From positions 13,540 to 77,539 of the IMG/VR virus record IMGVR_UViG_3300044611_002115: a stretch of 64,000 bases of DNA; one strand, 5' to 3'. Made by a program: the position numbers and the translations under genes. This document shows, piece after piece, positions 1 to 9,832 of the stretch (position 1 is its first letter; every line of letters starts with the position of its first letter). Under the pieces are notes generated by a model. The model saw only the letters and a program-made list of their open reading frames with translations, did not search any database and was not told where the DNA came from. This DNA comes from a virus.

Positions 1-32
1 GAAAGAAAAAGTGCAACGGTTGCAATTTGCTG

Positions 33-60
33 TTGACAATGAATCTGCAACAGCTACCTT
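33..60 (+). promoter_or_regulatory. Sigma70-like phage promoter, class TTGACAAYNAATCTGCAA
   Basis: TTGACA-ATGAATCTGCAACAGC-TACCTT directly before the ORF at 67. The same motif recurs about 11 times before gene blocks. Confidence 0.8.
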
Positions 61-66
61 GGAGTC

Positions 67-897
67 GTGAGCAACAACACCACATCAACGGCACTCGCAG
101 CCACAAGCGAGCACAGCACACAAGTCGAAGTCGTCAACCACAGCAGCAAGCAGGTCGCGGAATATAACGCGCTGCACGCCACGCTCATCAACACGGGACT
201 CATGTTCCCCCGCGTGCAGTCCGAGAAGGCCAAGCAGCAGGAGGCCGCAGAGGACGCAGCGCGCGCCAAGCAGCAGCGCGAGGACGCGAAGCTCGCCGCC
301 CTGTTCGCTCCCGTGCGCGAAATCAACCTCCGCCTCAAGTCCGAGTTCCCCACCGTCGGGGAGCGCGATGCCGTCAGCTACAGCATCAGCGAGACGCGCC
401 GCAACACGGGGACATGGAGCCGCCATCGCGGGGAAATCATCGGCGTCACGATCCGCATGCACGGGGCGCACGGCGTCACGCGCAACTTCCCGTTCAACAA
501 GTCGGGGAGCATCAACTACGTGAAGATCGAAGCGCTGCTGCGCAATGCGTGGGAAGCCGCTGCCTCCCGCGTCGAGGAAGCCAAGCGCGTTGCCAACGCA
601 CGTGCAGCCGCCAAGGATGCGCTGCCCGAGGGCACGCTGGAGCGCGTCAAAGCGATCACCAAGACCACCTACGAGAGCGTCACTATGCAGGTCGTGGACG
701 GCAAGGTGACGTTCTCGCACATGCACTATCCCGGCCAAGGGCGCAGCCCCTACGAGCGCGTCGTGTTCCCCGTCGCCAGCCCCGCCGCAGTGCTGCGCAT
801 CCTCGACATCCGCGAGGCCGCGAAGGCGCAGGAGAAGGCCGTGCTCGTGCAGGACGAAGCGCGCGGCATCAGCAGCGCTACACTCGCCGCCATCTAA
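67..897 (+). CDS. Hypothetical protein (early)
   Basis: 276-aa ORF with GC3-rich codon pattern, right after a promoter. Confidence 0.8.
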   Translation: MSNNTTSTALAATSEHSTQVEVVNHSSKQVAEYNALHATLINTGLMFPRVQSEKAKQQEAAEDAARAKQQREDAKLAALFAPVREINLRLKSEFPTVGERDAVSYSISETRRNTGTWSRHRGEIIGVTIRMHGAHGVTRNFPFNKSGSINYVKIEALLRNAWEAAASRVEEAKRVANARAAAKDALPEGTLERVKAITKTTYESVTMQVVDGKVTFSHMHYPGQGRSPYERVVFPVASPAAVLRILDIREAAKAQEKAVLVQDEARGISSATLAAI

Positions 898-937
898 CGC
901 ACACGTCAACCGCAACCATCAACACCACACACGCACA

Positions 938-1618
938 ATGAAACTCGCAACCACAGCCACAGCTCCCGCCGCTAAGCGCGGGCACAGCAGCGCCCCGAAA
1001 GTCACCAAGAAAGCCACGCTCGCGTTTGTGCGGGAGAAGCTCGGCAGCGACACGCGCTGGGCGACCCGCGCGCTGCACCTCGTTTTCCAAGCGCAGACGG
1101 CGCAGGAGCAGGCCAGCGCAACAACGCACGACGACAACGGCGTGGGCTTCTCCGGCGTGGACGCGGAGTTCCTCACCTCCCTCGCCAACCAGATCAACGG
1201 CGGGCGGACGCTCTCCTACAAGCAGAACACGTGGCTGCTGCGCAAGATGCCCAAGTATGCGGGGCAGGTCATTGCACGCAGCGACGCGCAGAAGCTCGCC
1301 GCGCAAGTGCTCGCGCATCTCAACGGCACAGCGCCCGCAGCGCCCGCCGCCCCCAGCGCTCCCGCCTACGGGTGCGCTGTGCAGTGGGACGCCAAGGAGC
1401 TGCTCAAGGGCGAGAGCGTTCAGAGCAGCTACTACGACAGCAGCTTCTACAGCGTCCCCTTCACGGGCAGCTACAGCCACTCGGACATCTACGAGCAGCT
1501 CAGCCCCCGCTACCGCAGCACGGGCAACGTGTTCGGCGGATACAGCACGCTGGGCACCATCACGCAGCTCGACGACACGCACGCGCGGGTCGAAGTCGTT
1601 TACCACATCGGGGAATGA
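938..1618 (+). CDS. Hypothetical protein
   Basis: 226-aa ORF with AC-rich leader. The N-half contains NGVGFSGVDAEFLTSLA..Q...GRTLS.KQ, a block typical of phage hypotheticals. Confidence 0.8.
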   Translation: MKLATTATAPAAKRGHSSAPKVTKKATLAFVREKLGSDTRWATRALHLVFQAQTAQEQASATTHDDNGVGFSGVDAEFLTSLANQINGGRTLSYKQNTWLLRKMPKYAGQVIARSDAQKLAAQVLAHLNGTAPAAPAAPSAPAYGCAVQWDAKELLKGESVQSSYYDSSFYSVPFTGSYSHSDIYEQLSPRYRSTGNVFGGYSTLGTITQLDDTHARVEVVYHIGE

Positions 1619-1983
1619 ACGCAGCGCACGCACTACACGCCATGAACACCATCACCAGAATCAACAGCACGGGCGGAGCGCAGCACGTGTGGCACATCGA
1701 CACCATCTCCCGCACGCAGCGCAGCACGGGGCGCAGCTACTACGTGGAAGCGGACACGCTGCGCGAAGCAGTGCGCTCCATCCGCACGCGCGTTCCCCGC
1801 ACGCAGTTCGCGCTCGCAGTGGGGGCGCAGGGGTGCTGGCACAGCAGCACGGACGCAGCGCTTTCGTGGGTCGAGGCGCAGGAGGCCGCGCAATCGCACA
1901 AAAAGGCGTCCAGCTCCCTCCGCAGCGGGCGGAGCGCACGGCTGGGACGCGGCACGCAGGGAGCGCAGGGGGACGGGGAATGA
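1615..1983 (+). CDS. Hypothetical protein
   Basis: ATG overlaps the previous stop; alternative start at 1642. Confidence 0.55.
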   Translation: MNAAHALHAMNTITRINSTGGAQHVWHIDTISRTQRSTGRSYYVEADTLREAVRSIRTRVPRTQFALAVGAQGCWHSSTDAALSWVEAQEAAQSHKKASSSLRSGRSARLGRGTQGAQGDGE

Positions 1984-2129
1984 GCGCGCAAGCTCAAATT
2001 CTCCTGCACTTGGGCGCACTGCTGCGCGAGTGCCTGCGGGGCACCCCGAAGGTCACGTGGCACGTGCAGGGGATAGGGCGCGCCCTGCGCATCAGCCGGT
2101 GAAGCACAGCAGCGCTCACACGCAGCACG

Positions 2130-2162
2130 GGAGGGGAGCCAGCGCTCCCCTCCTTCATTTTG
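2130..2162 (+). terminator. Probable intrinsic terminator
   Basis: GGAGGGGAGC-CAGC-GCTCCCCTCC hairpin followed by TTCATTTTG. Confidence 0.6.
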
Positions 2163-2268
2163 TGCTGCGGAGCTTTTTACGGGCCATTCTGTGCAAACTT
2201 GCCGCCTTGCCGCCCATCCCTCCAACCCCTACACTTTCCAACGCAGTAAACACCAACACCAAAACACC

Positions 2269-3282
2269 ATGAACACTACACCAAGAAAACCCATGCTCGC
2301 GGAGACGTGCGACGACATCAACGCGCTGCGCTTCCCGCTACTAGCGACCGCAAAATTGGACGGCATCCGCTGCCTCACGCTTCCCCACACGGGAGGCTTG
2401 TTCCGCTGCAACGCCGTGTCGCGCAAGTTCAAGCCCATCCCGAACGCGCACATCCGCGATTGGGTGGAGACGCACCTCCCAGCGGGACTCGACGGGGAGC
2501 TAATGATTGTGGCGGAGGACGGCAGCGCGCTGCCCTTCCAAGCCACCACGAGCGGCGTGATGAAACACACGGGCACGCCCTGCTTCCAGTATCACGTTTT
2601 CGACTACTGCGGGCGCGGGCTGGACACGCCCTACACGGAGCGGCTGCAACAGTTGCAATTCCTGCGCCTCCCGCGCGGCACGTGCAAGCTCGTGCTCCCC
2701 GTGCTCATCAACAACGTGGAGGAGCTGCTGGCGTTCGAGGCCAAGTGCCTCGCGGAAGGCTACGAGGGCGTCATGGTGCGCACGCCGGATGGCCCCTACA
2801 AGGAAGGCCGCAGCACAGTGCGCGAGCAGTGGCTACTAAAGGTCAAGCGCTTCAAGGACGACGAGGGCTACGTGTGCGGGGCGGAGGAAGCGAGGGAGAA
2901 CACCAATGAGGCGGGGAAGGACGAGCTGGGGCACACGAAGCGCAGCACGGCAAAGGCGGGCATGCGGGGGAAGGGGCACGCGGGGTCGTTTATCGTTAAG
3001 CCCTGCACGCAGGGAGCGCCCACAGCAGCGGACTTCGCCTACATCAAAGAGAACGAGCATAGGCTGGACGCTGCACTCGCCGCCCACCCCTACCTGTTCA
3101 GCGCCAGCACGAGCGTCATTACAAAGGGCAAGCGGTTCATCCCCATGAGCAGCGTGCCCGCGCTGCTGCACAGGATGGTGGTTTACAAGCACCAGCCCAC
3201 GGGCGTCCTAGTCAAGCCCCGCTTCCCCGTCATTAAGGGCTACAGGGACGCCATTGACATCGGGGAGCCGGAGCAGGATTAG
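2269..3282 (+). CDS. ATP-dependent DNA ligase
   Basis: Motif I KLDGIR, LDGELM, YHVFD, EGYEGVMVR and LLKVKRF, with C-terminal PRFP. Confidence 0.93.
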   Translation: MNTTPRKPMLAETCDDINALRFPLLATAKLDGIRCLTLPHTGGLFRCNAVSRKFKPIPNAHIRDWVETHLPAGLDGELMIVAEDGSALPFQATTSGVMKHTGTPCFQYHVFDYCGRGLDTPYTERLQQLQFLRLPRGTCKLVLPVLINNVEELLAFEAKCLAEGYEGVMVRTPDGPYKEGRSTVREQWLLKVKRFKDDEGYVCGAEEARENTNEAGKDELGHTKRSTAKAGMRGKGHAGSFIVKPCTQGAPTAADFAYIKENEHRLDAALAAHPYLFSASTSVITKGKRFIPMSSVPALLHRMVVYKHQPTGVLVKPRFPVIKGYRDAIDIGEPEQD

Positions 3283-3286
3283 TCCG

Positions 3287-3318
3287 TTGACAACTGATCT
3301 GCAACTGTGCAGCATAGT
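3287..3318 (+). promoter_or_regulatory. Phage promoter (TTGACA..ATCTGCAA class)
   Basis: GTTGACAACTGATCTGCAAC in the gap after the ligase. Confidence 0.7.
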
Positions 3319-3330
3319 CAGCAGACACCA

Positions 3331-3693
3331 ATGCCCGTAATCCAAATCACCAAGTTCGACAACATCGTGCAGCGCTTCATCCGCTTTAGCTCTCCCGTGC
3401 TGCCCTGCCGCGTCTATCGCATTCAGTGCGTCGTGGGGCACTTCGGGGAGGCTGACCCAGAGCGCGTGCTTGCGCTGTGTGACGTGTGCATAGTGGAGGG
3501 GACGCCCTACTACCGCATCGGGGACGTGGGGCGCGTGCGCGAGCGAGTGTGCATAAGCGCGGAGGAGTTCGCCTACGTGCGCTCCTGCTACGTGCGGAGC
3601 GAGGATTTACCAACAGTGAGGACGCTGTTACCGCTTGCGCGGCTGCGCCCCTCCAACATAACCAAGCGCAAGCACAGGAGGATAGAAGTATGA
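3331..3693 (+). CDS. Hypothetical protein
   Basis: ORF between promoter and groES; ends KRKHRRIEV. Confidence 0.65.
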   Translation: MPVIQITKFDNIVQRFIRFSSPVLPCRVYRIQCVVGHFGEADPERVLALCDVCIVEGTPYYRIGDVGRVRERVCISAEEFAYVRSCYVRSEDLPTVRTLLPLARLRPSNITKRKHRRIEV

Positions 3694-3962
3694 CAGGATT
3701 CACGCCAATCAAAGACCGCGTTCTCGTCCGCATGGACGCGCGCAAGGAACAGACCGCAGGGGGCATCGTGCTGCCCGAGTTCTCGCAGACCACGGAGACG
3801 TGGGGCGAGGTGTGCGCAGTGGGAAACAAGGTGGAGGACTTGCGCACGGGCGACCGCGTGATGGTGGAGTCCCACGTGGGCACGCACGTCGTTGTCAAAG
3901 GCGTGGACTACATCCTCATCGAGGAGTCCCGCGTGAAGGTCATGCAGCAGCAGGGGGCGTGA
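3690..3962 (+). CDS. groES: Co-chaperonin GroES (Cpn10)
   Basis: FTPIKDRVLV...TAGGIVLP...GEVCAVG...GDRVM...GVDYILIEE, the classic Cpn10 signature. Confidence 0.93.
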   Translation: MTGFTPIKDRVLVRMDARKEQTAGGIVLPEFSQTTETWGEVCAVGNKVEDLRTGDRVMVESHVGTHVVVKGVDYILIEESRVKVMQQQGA

Positions 3963-4222
3963 TGCAAGCGCTGCAAGGTGCCCACGTGCTTCCGCTGCTG
4001 CTCGCGCTGGGGCTTGTGCTCTGGACGCTGCTGGGGTGGCTTGCGCTGCGGGCCTACATGCAGAGCTGGACGCTGGAAATCAAATGGCCGTGGGAGCTTG
4101 TGTTCCTGCTGCTGTGCGGCCCCGTCGCTTGGGCGGGGCTGCTGGTGTTAATGTTTACAACACGAAAGGACACGGAAGATGAAAAAAGGAATACTGCAAG
4201 AGACGAGCGGGATGACGACTAG
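3962..4222 (+). CDS. Small membrane protein (2 TM)
   Basis: Two hydrophobic stretches; ATG overlaps the groES stop. Confidence 0.65.
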   Translation: MQALQGAHVLPLLLALGLVLWTLLGWLALRAYMQSWTLEIKWPWELVFLLLCGPVAWAGLLVLMFTTRKDTEDEKRNTARDERDDD

Positions 4223-4820
4223 GGGCGGGACGCACTTTGTTGACCACGACACGGATATGGTGGTGGCAGTGACGGACGCCTCCTTCTCCATGCGCTTCGT
4301 CACGGGAATGCTGGGGCTGCTGGAGGAGGGAAGCAGCGAGCGGCGCGTGCTGCAAGTGGGGACGCAGGAGCTTGCCCTCTACCGCAGCAGCACGTTCTTT
4401 CGCTGGGCGCTGCTCCTCGACCCCTTCGTGCGCCTCGCCTACGCTTGGGCGGCATACCAGCAGGAGGACGCGGAGGGGGCGGGGCTGCTGACCTACGGGG
4501 ACTTTGTGGCGAGCCGTTTGGAGCACGGGGCACCCACCCCCAGCGGGGGCGCTGCCCACGAGTTTCTCCTCGTGCGCCAAGTGGACTACCTAACGGTCGG
4601 GAAGGATTATGAGGTGGACGCGCTGTTCCGCTTCGACGCCGCAGCGGAGTGGCTCCCAATGATGCAGCGCCGCTTCCTGCTGCCGGAGTTCAACTTCATC
4701 TACGACCCTCCCCAAGTGCCGGAGCTGCCGCGCAGCACTCGGCTCCTAGTCCATAAGGCTTATGGCGAGGACTTGGAGTTGTTCAAGCAGATAGGCGACG
4801 CCCCGTTCCTCGTGCTGTAG
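4179..4820 (+). CDS. Sulfotransferase family 2-like protein (degenerate)
   Basis: LLLDPFVRLAYAW resembles the FVRNPYxRLVSxY motif. Q.DYL, D.LFRFD and C-terminal Y.EDLELF also fit this family. The 5'-PSB motif is not evident. Confidence 0.5.
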   Translation: MKKGILQETSGMTTRGGTHFVDHDTDMVVAVTDASFSMRFVTGMLGLLEEGSSERRVLQVGTQELALYRSSTFFRWALLLDPFVRLAYAWAAYQQEDAEGAGLLTYGDFVASRLEHGAPTPSGGAAHEFLLVRQVDYLTVGKDYEVDALFRFDAAAEWLPMMQRRFLLPEFNFIYDPPQVPELPRSTRLLVHKAYGEDLELFKQIGDAPFLVL

Positions 4821-4920
4821 CGGGGGCGGGTTTATTCTGCGCGCTGCAACAGTTGCAGTGTCAAGGATATTTTCTTGCCAACGCGGGGCGCATGTTTCAC
4901 AGTCCAAGCAACCTTTCGCC

Positions 4921-6228
4921 ATGAGCATACTACGCCGCCGACTAGACCTCACCTCCTCCAAGCGCCAGCTTGCCGTGGAGTCCCGCATCCCCAGCACCAA
5001 GGAGCGCAGGTTTATTGAGAACAGGCTGAGCTTCCCGCTGCACAGGTTCACGGACTTTGAATCCTACATCAGCGCGGGCAGCAAGCAGGTCTGGGCCACG
5101 TTCCGCGCGTGCCACCTTGTAGCCTCCGTCATTATGGGGACGGACTTTAAGGTGGTGAAGCCCGACCAGCCCCTATGGACTCCCAACCCTGCCAAGGACG
5201 ACGAGATGTTTCTCCTCGGCAGGCCAAACCCTTTGGACTCGTGGAAGGAGCTGCTGTATATGTGGGTCTATCACATCAAGCTCACGGGCTGCGCGTTCTG
5301 GCTAAAGGACGAGATTAACGCGCTGGGGCAACCCACCGCCGTCTATCCCCTGCTGCCGCAATACATGCGCATCGTGCCCGACGAGAAGAAGAACATTGCG
5401 GGGTTCATCTACCACGTGAACGGGCGGGAGGTTAAGTTCACGCCGGAGGAAATTATTTACTTCCGCCGCCCGCACCCCGCGTCAACCGTGTGGGGCATGG
5501 GGGACATTGAGCCAAGCGAGCCTCTGTTCAACGCGTTCATCAACCGCTCCACCTACGAGGAAAAGTTTATGGAGAACGGGGCGCAGCCGAGCGGAGTTAT
5601 GACGCTCAAGGAAAAGGTGGACGACCCTGCGGAGTGGGCAAAGCTCAAGAGCTGGTGGAATACGGAGTATGGTGGAAAGAAGAACGCGGGCAAAACGGCG
5701 TTCCTCCAAGGCGAGTGGGAATACCACAAGCTCGGCTTAGACCAGCAGGCCATGCAGTCGCTTGAGCGGGAGAAGCTCACCGTGGAGCAAATCTTCATCA
5801 ACCACGGCGTTCCCCTATCCATCGCGGGCATCCTTGGCGCTGCCAACTACGCCACCGCCAAGCAGGACGAGCTGAACTTCCGCAAGTATGAAATCGTCCC
5901 GCTGCTGGAAATGTTTTGCGGCAAGCTAAACCGCGAGGGCGCGCTCTTTCCGCTGTTCAAAAACAACACGCAGCTCGCCTATGAGTTGAGCGGGCTTGTG
6001 GACGTGGAGCAGGTGACGAAGGAATACGGGCCGCTCCTGCGCCTCGGCGCTATCACGCCAAACGAGATTCGCAAGCTCGCGGGGCTTAACCCCGTCAACG
6101 ACCCCTACCTCGACCAATACTTCATCGACAGCATGCTGTCCCCTATGGAGATGGCGGGGCTTGCCACCGTCCCGCCCGCTCCCGCGCCAAGCAAGAGCGC
6201 GGACTACCGCAAACTCAAGCTCAGCTAA
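4921..6228 (+). CDS. Portal protein, HK97 family
   Basis: L.RPNP, LTGCAFW, YPLLP, EIIYFR, F.NGAQPSGV, GKKNAGKT, HGVP, ITPNEIR. Confidence 0.95.
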   Translation: MSILRRRLDLTSSKRQLAVESRIPSTKERRFIENRLSFPLHRFTDFESYISAGSKQVWATFRACHLVASVIMGTDFKVVKPDQPLWTPNPAKDDEMFLLGRPNPLDSWKELLYMWVYHIKLTGCAFWLKDEINALGQPTAVYPLLPQYMRIVPDEKKNIAGFIYHVNGREVKFTPEEIIYFRRPHPASTVWGMGDIEPSEPLFNAFINRSTYEEKFMENGAQPSGVMTLKEKVDDPAEWAKLKSWWNTEYGGKKNAGKTAFLQGEWEYHKLGLDQQAMQSLEREKLTVEQIFINHGVPLSIAGILGAANYATAKQDELNFRKYEIVPLLEMFCGKLNREGALFPLFKNNTQLAYELSGLVDVEQVTKEYGPLLRLGAITPNEIRKLAGLNPVNDPYLDQYFIDSMLSPMEMAGLATVPPAPAPSKSADYRKLKLS

Positions 6229-6232
6229 GACC

Positions 6233-8152
6233 ATGCCATGCGCGTGCCACAAGCACAGGCTTTCATCCGGCGCGGTGTTCACCCTGTCCACTAAGTCCCA
6301 CGTCCCAGAGGGCGGATGGACGAATGCGCACCTGCGCACCCCAAACGGGCAAGCGCTCAACGCCGACCTTGTTCGCGTGCACAGGGCGGCGGTGGCGCGG
6401 GGGATGCGGGAGTATGGCGTGTGGCTGCGTGAAAAGTTTGACCTTCTGCTGGACAAGGTTATCACGCAGGTCACGCTCGCCAAGCGCAGCCACCACTCGG
6501 GCAGGAGCGCAAGCGTGGGGGCTAAGGCGCAGGAGGAAATCTTCCTGTTCGACCTCATGGGCGACGAGCGCCTATGGATGAACGCGCTCAACAGGGAGCT
6601 GCAAGAGTTTCAAGGCGAGCTGCTGGTGGATTGGGTGCCCCGCGTGCAAAGCGTGGCGAGCGAGAGCTTCGCCAAGACGAGCGTGCTGCTGGGGAGGGAG
6701 ACGCAGAAGGGGGACTCCAACTTGGTGCTCTCGCGCATCCGCGAGATAGGCTCGCTCATAACCAACATTACGGAGACGACACGCACGCGCTTTTCCGACA
6801 TCATCGGGCAGGGGCTAGACAGCGGGCTTCCCGTGAACGGAGTGGCGCAGCTCCTACGCGACAGCATGCCCTTCATCGCCTACAACCGCATCGCCACCAT
6901 CGCGCGGACGGAGATGGGGCGCAGCAGCGACGCGGGGAAAGTCTTAGCCATGCAGCGCAGCGGGGTGATCGACTTGATGGAGGTTATTGGCTGCGAAGCG
7001 GAGGAGGCTAACAGCCCGCAGTATAACGGGCGCTCGACCTGCAACATCACCAACGTCCCTGCGGCGGAGGCGGACTCCTTAGAGTTCCACATCAACCACA
7101 CGGGGACTTGGGTGGTGCAGGAGTTTATTGACAAGGACGACCCCAATCCACCGGACGACCCACCACCGCCACCCCCACCACTGCCGCCGCCTCCCGTGGT
7201 TCCAATCCCACCCGCAGTCCTTCCGCCCGCCCCACCCGTGCCAGCACCCGCGCCCGTGCCCGTGCTTCCACCCGTGCCCCCGCCCGTGCCCCCTCCGCCC
7301 ACCATTGCGGAGATTGAGGCGTCCGTGCAGTCGCGCTTCGCCACGCTCCCCGTGTTTGCGAAGGAGGCGGACGACTCCCTCTTAGCAATCTCAAACACTA
7401 GGGACAGGGCGAGCGTCGCCTATCAGTTATTCTCCGACGCACAGCGCGCGGGAGCAGCCAAGGAGGAAGTGACTGCGCGATACAATGAGTGGGTGGCATT
7501 AACGGCGGAGGTGAAGCGGATGCACGACCACAGAAAAACACTCGTGTCCCGTGTGCACGCTGCGCTGGCGCTGCCGGAGGCTAGGCGCATTGACGCGGCC
7601 AGCGCCTTTATTGCCCCCGCCACAACATCAGCGACAGCAACGGCAAAGACTATTGCGGGGAACGTGCAGCGCACGGTGGGCTGGCTGCGCCAATTTGTTG
7701 ACAAGGACATATTCCCGACAGCCGCTAAGTGGAAAACCACAGCCAAGAGCCGCGCCTTCCACTACGTCGGGAAGGTCTATATCAAATCAACCACCCCAGA
7801 CAAAACCATCGCCCATGAGCTGATGCACGCTCTGGAGTTCTTCAACCTCACAACAGGCAAAGCGTCCACGGACTACAGGGACTCGCGCAATGGGGTTGGG
7901 GAGGTGCTCAAGAAACTTAGCGCGCTCACAGGCCACAGCGGATACAAAGCCAACGAGGTCGCCTACGAGGACAAGTGGGTTAAGACAGGGAACGCGGCAT
8001 ATTGCGGAAAGCACTACGGCACGGCCTATGCCAGCGAGGTGCTGAGCATGGGCATTGAGCGCCTTATGACAGACCCAATGAACTTTTTCAAGCAAGACCC
8101 AGAGTATATGAAATTCGTCCTCATGGCGCTGAGCGGGAGGTTTAGGAAGTGA
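6233..8152 (+). CDS. MuF/gpF-like head morphogenesis protein with Pro-rich linker and C-terminal HExxH (zincin-like) domain
   Basis: ITNITETTR...RIATIARTE...HINHTG MuF-like core after the portal, poly-Pro linker (~7140-7300), AHELMHALE and downstream EVLSMG. Confidence 0.82.
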   Translation: MPCACHKHRLSSGAVFTLSTKSHVPEGGWTNAHLRTPNGQALNADLVRVHRAAVARGMREYGVWLREKFDLLLDKVITQVTLAKRSHHSGRSASVGAKAQEEIFLFDLMGDERLWMNALNRELQEFQGELLVDWVPRVQSVASESFAKTSVLLGRETQKGDSNLVLSRIREIGSLITNITETTRTRFSDIIGQGLDSGLPVNGVAQLLRDSMPFIAYNRIATIARTEMGRSSDAGKVLAMQRSGVIDLMEVIGCEAEEANSPQYNGRSTCNITNVPAAEADSLEFHINHTGTWVVQEFIDKDDPNPPDDPPPPPPPLPPPPVVPIPPAVLPPAPPVPAPAPVPVLPPVPPPVPPPPTIAEIEASVQSRFATLPVFAKEADDSLLAISNTRDRASVAYQLFSDAQRAGAAKEEVTARYNEWVALTAEVKRMHDHRKTLVSRVHAALALPEARRIDAASAFIAPATTSATATAKTIAGNVQRTVGWLRQFVDKDIFPTAAKWKTTAKSRAFHYVGKVYIKSTTPDKTIAHELMHALEFFNLTTGKASTDYRDSRNGVGEVLKKLSALTGHSGYKANEVAYEDKWVKTGNAAYCGKHYGTAYASEVLSMGIERLMTDPMNFFKQDPEYMKFVLMALSGRFRK

Positions 8153-8403
8153 AGGCTAAAATCACACAGGCCGGAATGGTGTACTTTTACGACGGGCACA
8201 AGTGGGAGGGCGAGGAGCCTCTGCGCACCCACTGCGAAATGCTGGAGAGCCTGCTCCCGCTGGACTACTACCCCGATCCCATGCGGGGCATTTCCGCGCG
8301 CGTGAAGGAGCTGCTGCCAGCGCCCGTGGCGTGCGAGATTGTGGGCGTCGCGGAACCCGAACTGGAGGACGACACCCTAGACCCCAATGATGTTCAGTAT
8401 TGA
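8149..8403 (+). CDS. Small acidic protein, candidate immunity partner of the MuF C-terminal domain
   Basis: 84 aa, GTG overlaps the MuF stop; function inferred from position only. Confidence 0.55.
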   Translation: MKAKITQAGMVYFYDGHKWEGEEPLRTHCEMLESLLPLDYYPDPMRGISARVKELLPAPVACEIVGVAEPELEDDTLDPNDVQY

Positions 8404-8451
8404 CACGCGCCGCGAGCGGGCGCAGAGTTGCGCTTTCAACTCCAACATCCC

Positions 8452-8829
8452 ATGAGCACTCCCTCGCAATACCTCGCCACATACAACGGCCCCACGGCAA
8501 CAGTCGGGAGGCACGGGGAACTTCGCGCAGGGGACAAGGTGGTGCTGAAACGCAGGGAGTGGCTCTACGTGCAGCAGCACAGCGCAGGGGAGTTCACAGT
8601 GGACTCCGACGTTGACCCCTCCACGCCCGCAGTGGAAGCAGCGGGGGAATCCCCAGAAACCCCCGTGGAATCCGCAGAGGGGGGTGCTGAACCCACGCAA
8701 AAAGGCTCGGCAATCGCACAAAATGACGTCCAGCAGCGTCCGCAGCGGGAAAACAGTGCACAGCCAGCGGCTTCCCCAAGCAAGCGCACAGCCCCCAAAA
8801 AGACCGTCGCCCCCGTGCGCAAGCGCTGA
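8452..8829 (+). CDS. Hypothetical protein (N-terminal GRHGE domain shared with 17046 ORF)
   Basis: ORF in the head module with a low-complexity C-terminus. Confidence 0.7.
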   Translation: MSTPSQYLATYNGPTATVGRHGELRAGDKVVLKRREWLYVQQHSAGEFTVDSDVDPSTPAVEAAGESPETPVESAEGGAEPTQKGSAIAQNDVQQRPQRENSAQPAASPSKRTAPKKTVAPVRKR

Positions 8830-8914
8830 CGGAGTGCAACTGTTGCAGCGCTTCCGCAGTTTTTCTTGACAGCGGGGGCACGGGGAATCACGGTGGCGGC
8901 AACACGACGCACCC

Positions 8915-9811
8915 ATGAAACTTCTCCATGCCCGCAAGCACGCCCCCGCCGCCACCAAACACTTTCCAGCAGGAGCACTCCTGCGAGTGGCGTCCAAGTC
9001 CTTCGTCCCCGCCCCGCGCGTGCCCGCACCCGCACCCGACGCGCTGCTGGAAAAGATGGTGAGCTTTGAAGTGGACGGCGTGCTGTGTGCGGGGCTGGTG
9101 AGCAAGCGCCTGTCCGCCGACTCCCTCACCGTGCGCCTCGCCATTCCCGACAAGCGCGGCATCCTCATCGTCACGGACTCCGAAATTGTCCACCCCGCCG
9201 CAGGGCTGGAGGTTGTCGGCTCCGTGGTGCGCGAGGAGCATAAGGTGCGGGAGTTCGCGGAGTCCTTCGCCTTTGAAATTGACAAGAAGATGGTCACGGT
9301 CATGGACGTGGAGAACCCGTCCATCGTGGAGGACTACCTGAACGTGAGCGTGGAGGGCTTAGCGTCCACGTTCCAAACCACCACCCCCGCTGACAGGGAT
9401 GGCGACTACGTGGTGCCCACCGCGTTCAAGGACACGCTGGTTGAGTTCCGCAAGAACCCCGTGATGCTTGCAGACCACACGAACCGCATTGACAACCTGA
9501 TTGGCTCCTACTCCAAAATCAGCACGACGCCCGCTGGCCTCGTCGTGCGGGGCGACCTTAGCAACGCCAAGGAGGTGCGCCGCGTGCGCTTCCTCGTCGC
9601 GGAGGGACACCTCAAGGCGTTCAGCATCGGCGGGCTGTTCTACTACGGCGCGGACGGCAGGGCGATTGAGCGCGTCAACCTTTATGAAATCTCCATGACT
9701 CCCGTGCCCGCCAACCCCGACGCGCTCTTTCAAGTGCGCTCGCTGGGGGCGTCGGATGTGGCGAAGCTCTGGAGCAGCGAATCCAAATCCCTGCGCCGCT
9801 GGTTGTCGTAA
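8915..9811 (+). CDS. Prohead maturation protease, HK97 family
   Basis: EGLASTF..DRDGDYV.P.AF...NPVMLADH...GL.VRG...AFSIGG...LYEISMTPVPANPDA. Confidence 0.93.
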   Translation: MKLLHARKHAPAATKHFPAGALLRVASKSFVPAPRVPAPAPDALLEKMVSFEVDGVLCAGLVSKRLSADSLTVRLAIPDKRGILIVTDSEIVHPAAGLEVVGSVVREEHKVREFAESFAFEIDKKMVTVMDVENPSIVEDYLNVSVEGLASTFQTTTPADRDGDYVVPTAFKDTLVEFRKNPVMLADHTNRIDNLIGSYSKISTTPAGLVVRGDLSNAKEVRRVRFLVAEGHLKAFSIGGLFYYGADGRAIERVNLYEISMTPVPANPDALFQVRSLGASDVAKLWSSESKSLRRWLS

Positions 9812-9832
9812 CCACCCCACCCACACAATCTA

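Noticed and set aside
7140-7300. C-rich DNA repeat
   Set aside because: Explained by the poly-proline linker of the MuF protein.
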